Assembly: GCA_009602725.1 (NCBI GenBank)
Contig: WELB01000021.1
Coordinates: 626,971 to 676,287, forward strand
Direction: 5' to 3'
Source of the DNA: Spirogloea muscicola
Lineage: Eukaryota
DNA: 49,317 nt
Below the pieces are notes generated by a model, which saw only the letters and a program-made list of their open reading frames with translations, ran no database searches and was not told where the DNA came from. This document shows, piece after piece, positions 46,713-49,317 of this stretch. The first letter of the stretch is position 1; every line of letters starts with the position of its first letter. Position numbers and translations under genes: made by a program.

Positions 46713-48255
46713 AGGGGCAACCCCTTAGCAGACCAGCGGAGACTGTAGGTAGAGAATCAACGACTCTGCTGACCAGCTCAACGAAACAGCGCAGACTGTA
46801 CGTAGAGCTTTCATCGACTCTGCTGACAAACTCAACGGAGCAGCTTCATGGGCCGCTGGTAAGGCTGTCTGCTTTCTTCATTCACAGAGGTTGCCCAGTC
46901 AACAAATCAATTTGCAAATGCAATGCCTCCACCTTTGGCTCCTAGGCCACTTGGCAGCACATCTACCACTCACGCGAGCTGCCCTTCTTGTGCAGCTCGA
47001 GTCGGGGAATCAGCGGAAGCAGCAAAAGCTACCATGGCACAGATGAATGTTGCGGCCAATGCCATTACCAGTGCAGCCACTCATGTTGAAGAAGCAGCAT
47101 ATTCGGCTCAGGTTGCTTGCACCAAGGCTGGCGAAGGAAGCAATGCCATAGAAAAACTAGCCAACACAACAGCATCATTGGTGGGAGAGCTTGGACCGAG
47201 GCTTAGTACAACATCGATCAAGCATCGTTAACTCTTGGTGCTATTCAAGATTCTGTCAGCGAGATCACACCACGGGCCGCCTCGACTCTGGAGACGGTCC
47301 AAAAGACTGTCCAAGAATTGACGCCCACTGAACAAAGTGCACTGCACTCGTTGAGTGCCACAAGCGAGGCAGTGGGACAAAACATTCCAGCCTTGGTGCA
47401 AAGCTGTCAGGTCATTAGTTCGGCAAGCCTGCTTTTGCTTGTTGACCCAAGTGTTGCTCGCTGCATTATCGGCACGCCTGGTCTGAATTGCAGGCTGTGT
47501 TTATACCAAGCACAAACTGCTATTTGAAGCAACGGAAAATCATGAATCTCACAATCTGTATGGTCCTAGCCTTGGACGAACTTTTCTATCCGCTTTATCG
47601 GTGTTTCGTGACTGATTTATTTGTCAGTGTTTCTTGACTGATTGCTATATTTCTCTTCAGGCTGCAGCTGTAGCAAGTTTTGCAGGCGCTGCAGCTCTGG
47701 CTATTACAGCTAAGAGTCTGAAAACAATTGCTGTCAACTCTACAAGAATGGTTGCTACGAAAGAGGCCAGCCTGGTCTTCCGAGCAGCTGATAGAGTTTC
47801 CAACAGAGCAGGCGCCACTTCACCAGAAAAATGCAAGAGCGTCACTTGGCCATGTAAGTAGCAACATCTCAAGAATGGCACACTGCCACCTCACACAGTG
47901 CGATTCAACCATTCGTGCTGTGCTTTCAGTACAATGCACTACCCAGCAGTCCTGGCCCGCTTCTCAACTCTATGTGAAGGCTTTGCAGCACTCCAGTCAA
48001 GCTGACATTCCAATACAAGCTTCAGTGACTTTTTTCTGTCGTCAGGCTGGGCCATGAGACATTGAAGATGTGAATGGAAATTGTGTGTCATATGCTGCAG
48101 GACACCAAAGCATGCAATAGAGAAAGTCAAGGCAATGCGCGAAAGTGGTGTGCTGCTAAAAGGGAAGGAGGTTGTCTACCATTGCGATGTCATTGTTGCC
48201 ACCTGTGATGAAGACATCATTGAGATGCCAGAAGGGATGGGTCGCTTTATTGTCT
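46713..48255 (+). pseudogene. Pseudogene paralog of the 23941-26131 gene (part of duplication ~23158-25541 / ~46165-48255)
   Basis: ATG changed to AGG at 46713, an internal duplication at ~46740-46830, a frameshift near 47215, a deletion in the exon ending ~47853, and truncation at ~48255. Confidence 0.85.
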
Positions 48256-48420
48256 GGCGAGCTTGAGCGCGGATCGGCAGGAGCAGCGTGGAATCGATGG
48301 ACTGCGGCCAGCATCGCCAGTGGTGCGTCGGCCTACCGGCTCGTGGAGGAGGCCGAGAGCAGCCGAGCTGGGCTGCGAGCCGGCGCGGCGGCGGCGGCGC
48401 CGCAGCGAGGGTGCCGCCGC
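48255..48420 (-). repeat. Fragment matching the 5' region of paralog A (12933-13100)
   Basis: ggcgagcttgagcgcg..gcgtcggc.taccggctcgt..gagagcagccgagctgggctgcgagccggcg is shared with 12933-13065. Confidence 0.8.
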
Positions 48421-48759
48421 GCGGGGGGAGAGTGGCCTGGGAATGCGGCATAAACCGTGCGTGTGCTTTACAGGCAACGACTCCGCTCCTCGCCGCCGCC
48501 TTCCAGCGGTGTAGCGAGCAAGAAGTGTCGTTAGGAACGAAAGGAAAGGAAGCGGCTGTGAGCCGCAGACGGGAGCTGGATCCCGCGACGTATCAGAAGA
48601 GCGTATTTAATGTATCCGCCCCCCTGACGGCGCTCCGCGCGTTTTCCTTCTCTCGGGCTGCCCTTACGCCCCCCTGGCCGCCTTCCCGCACTGGCCGGCC
48701 CCTTCGTTTCTTTCTCTGCCGATCTCTTGCTTTCACACCCACTAGCTTCTATTGGAAAA

Positions 48760-48984
48760 GTAGTTGTTTTCTGGGCTGCCTCTCATAGTTGTTTTCTGGG
48801 CTGCCCCTTCAGGTCGCGGGCGTCGCCGCCGCCGCCGCCGACACCCCTCCAAAACCCCGGGCCGCCGCCGGCGTCGCTGCCGGCGGCGCCCGCCAAAGAA
48901 AGAAAGCAGCTACAAATTACTCAGTAACCCCTGCTAAGCAGCCGCAAATCAGAGAGGCTAGGGTCCTGGAAGTGGGTCCCCTGG
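48760..48984 (-). mobile_element. Short CRE-like 3' end (48921-48984) with nearby decayed UTR motifs
   Basis: QGTHFQDPSLSDLRLLSRGY* (stop 48921-48923). Confidence 0.85.
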
Positions 48985-49317
48985 AGGCCTTTCGGACATC
49001 GCTTCAACTCTTCCTCGGCCTCCCACCTAATTGCCTGATTGGGGTGCGCCAGTGCGAGTGCGGCTTCCGTGCAGAGGGTGCTGTGCTCGCCACTCACATG
49101 CTGAGATGCCCCACTGGACCAGAAGTGGTGGGCATTCACAACCTCCTTCGCGATGCCCTGGCGGGCTTGATGGGCGACGCCGGCTACCGTGCGGTCGTGG
49201 AAGTCAACAATATCATGCCTATCACCACGGACGCCCAGGGACGTCATCATCGCCGCACACTTGACATTGTGGGCGTGCAACCTGGTGGAGGACCACGGGC
49301 CCTGGTCGACGTTGTTG
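48984..49317 (+). mobile_element. 5'-truncated CRE-like copy encoding the CCHC knuckle and start of the restriction-like endonuclease; runs off the right edge
   Basis: Open frame FRTSLQLFLGLP..RQCECG-X10-HMLRC..IHNLLRDAL..VVEV..RRTLDIV..ALVDVV. C-X1-C-X11-H-X3-C at 49053-49109, followed by the HN, E, RxxD and DV motifs of RLE domains. Confidence 0.9.

Overview
Eukaryotic, intron-containing, GC-rich nuclear DNA of a green plant. A streptophyte alga is my inference from the TTTAGGG telomere motif, a WRKY gene and plant-type mitochondrial fragments. The window is dominated by a CRE/Zepp-clade non-LTR retrotransposon. It contains a near-intact RT region (1-2083, -), a CCHC plus restriction-like endonuclease region (48984-end, +), three decayed internal copies and about 17 5'-truncated 3' ends ending in 'SDLxLLxRGY*'. 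These 3' ends carry a 3'-UTR with a conserved GGCTG-N8-CAGCC stem-loop and no poly(A). Three nested insertions with 6-16 bp target-site duplications land in or just beside that stem-loop, suggesting the family targets its own 3'-UTR. Host content includes a 3-exon WRKY gene with an atypical domain (WRKYGRK, C-X8-C) and a duplicated unknown gene whose intact copy has a telomere-repeat insertion that would restore the frame if spliced as a 50-nt intron. Also present are two decayed paralogous genes, a mosaic mitochondrial insertion (trnI, trnR, rnl) flanked by a ~90-bp duplication, a long (GA)n tract and local tandem duplications. All alignments and gene models were made by eye; boundaries of decayed features are approximate.
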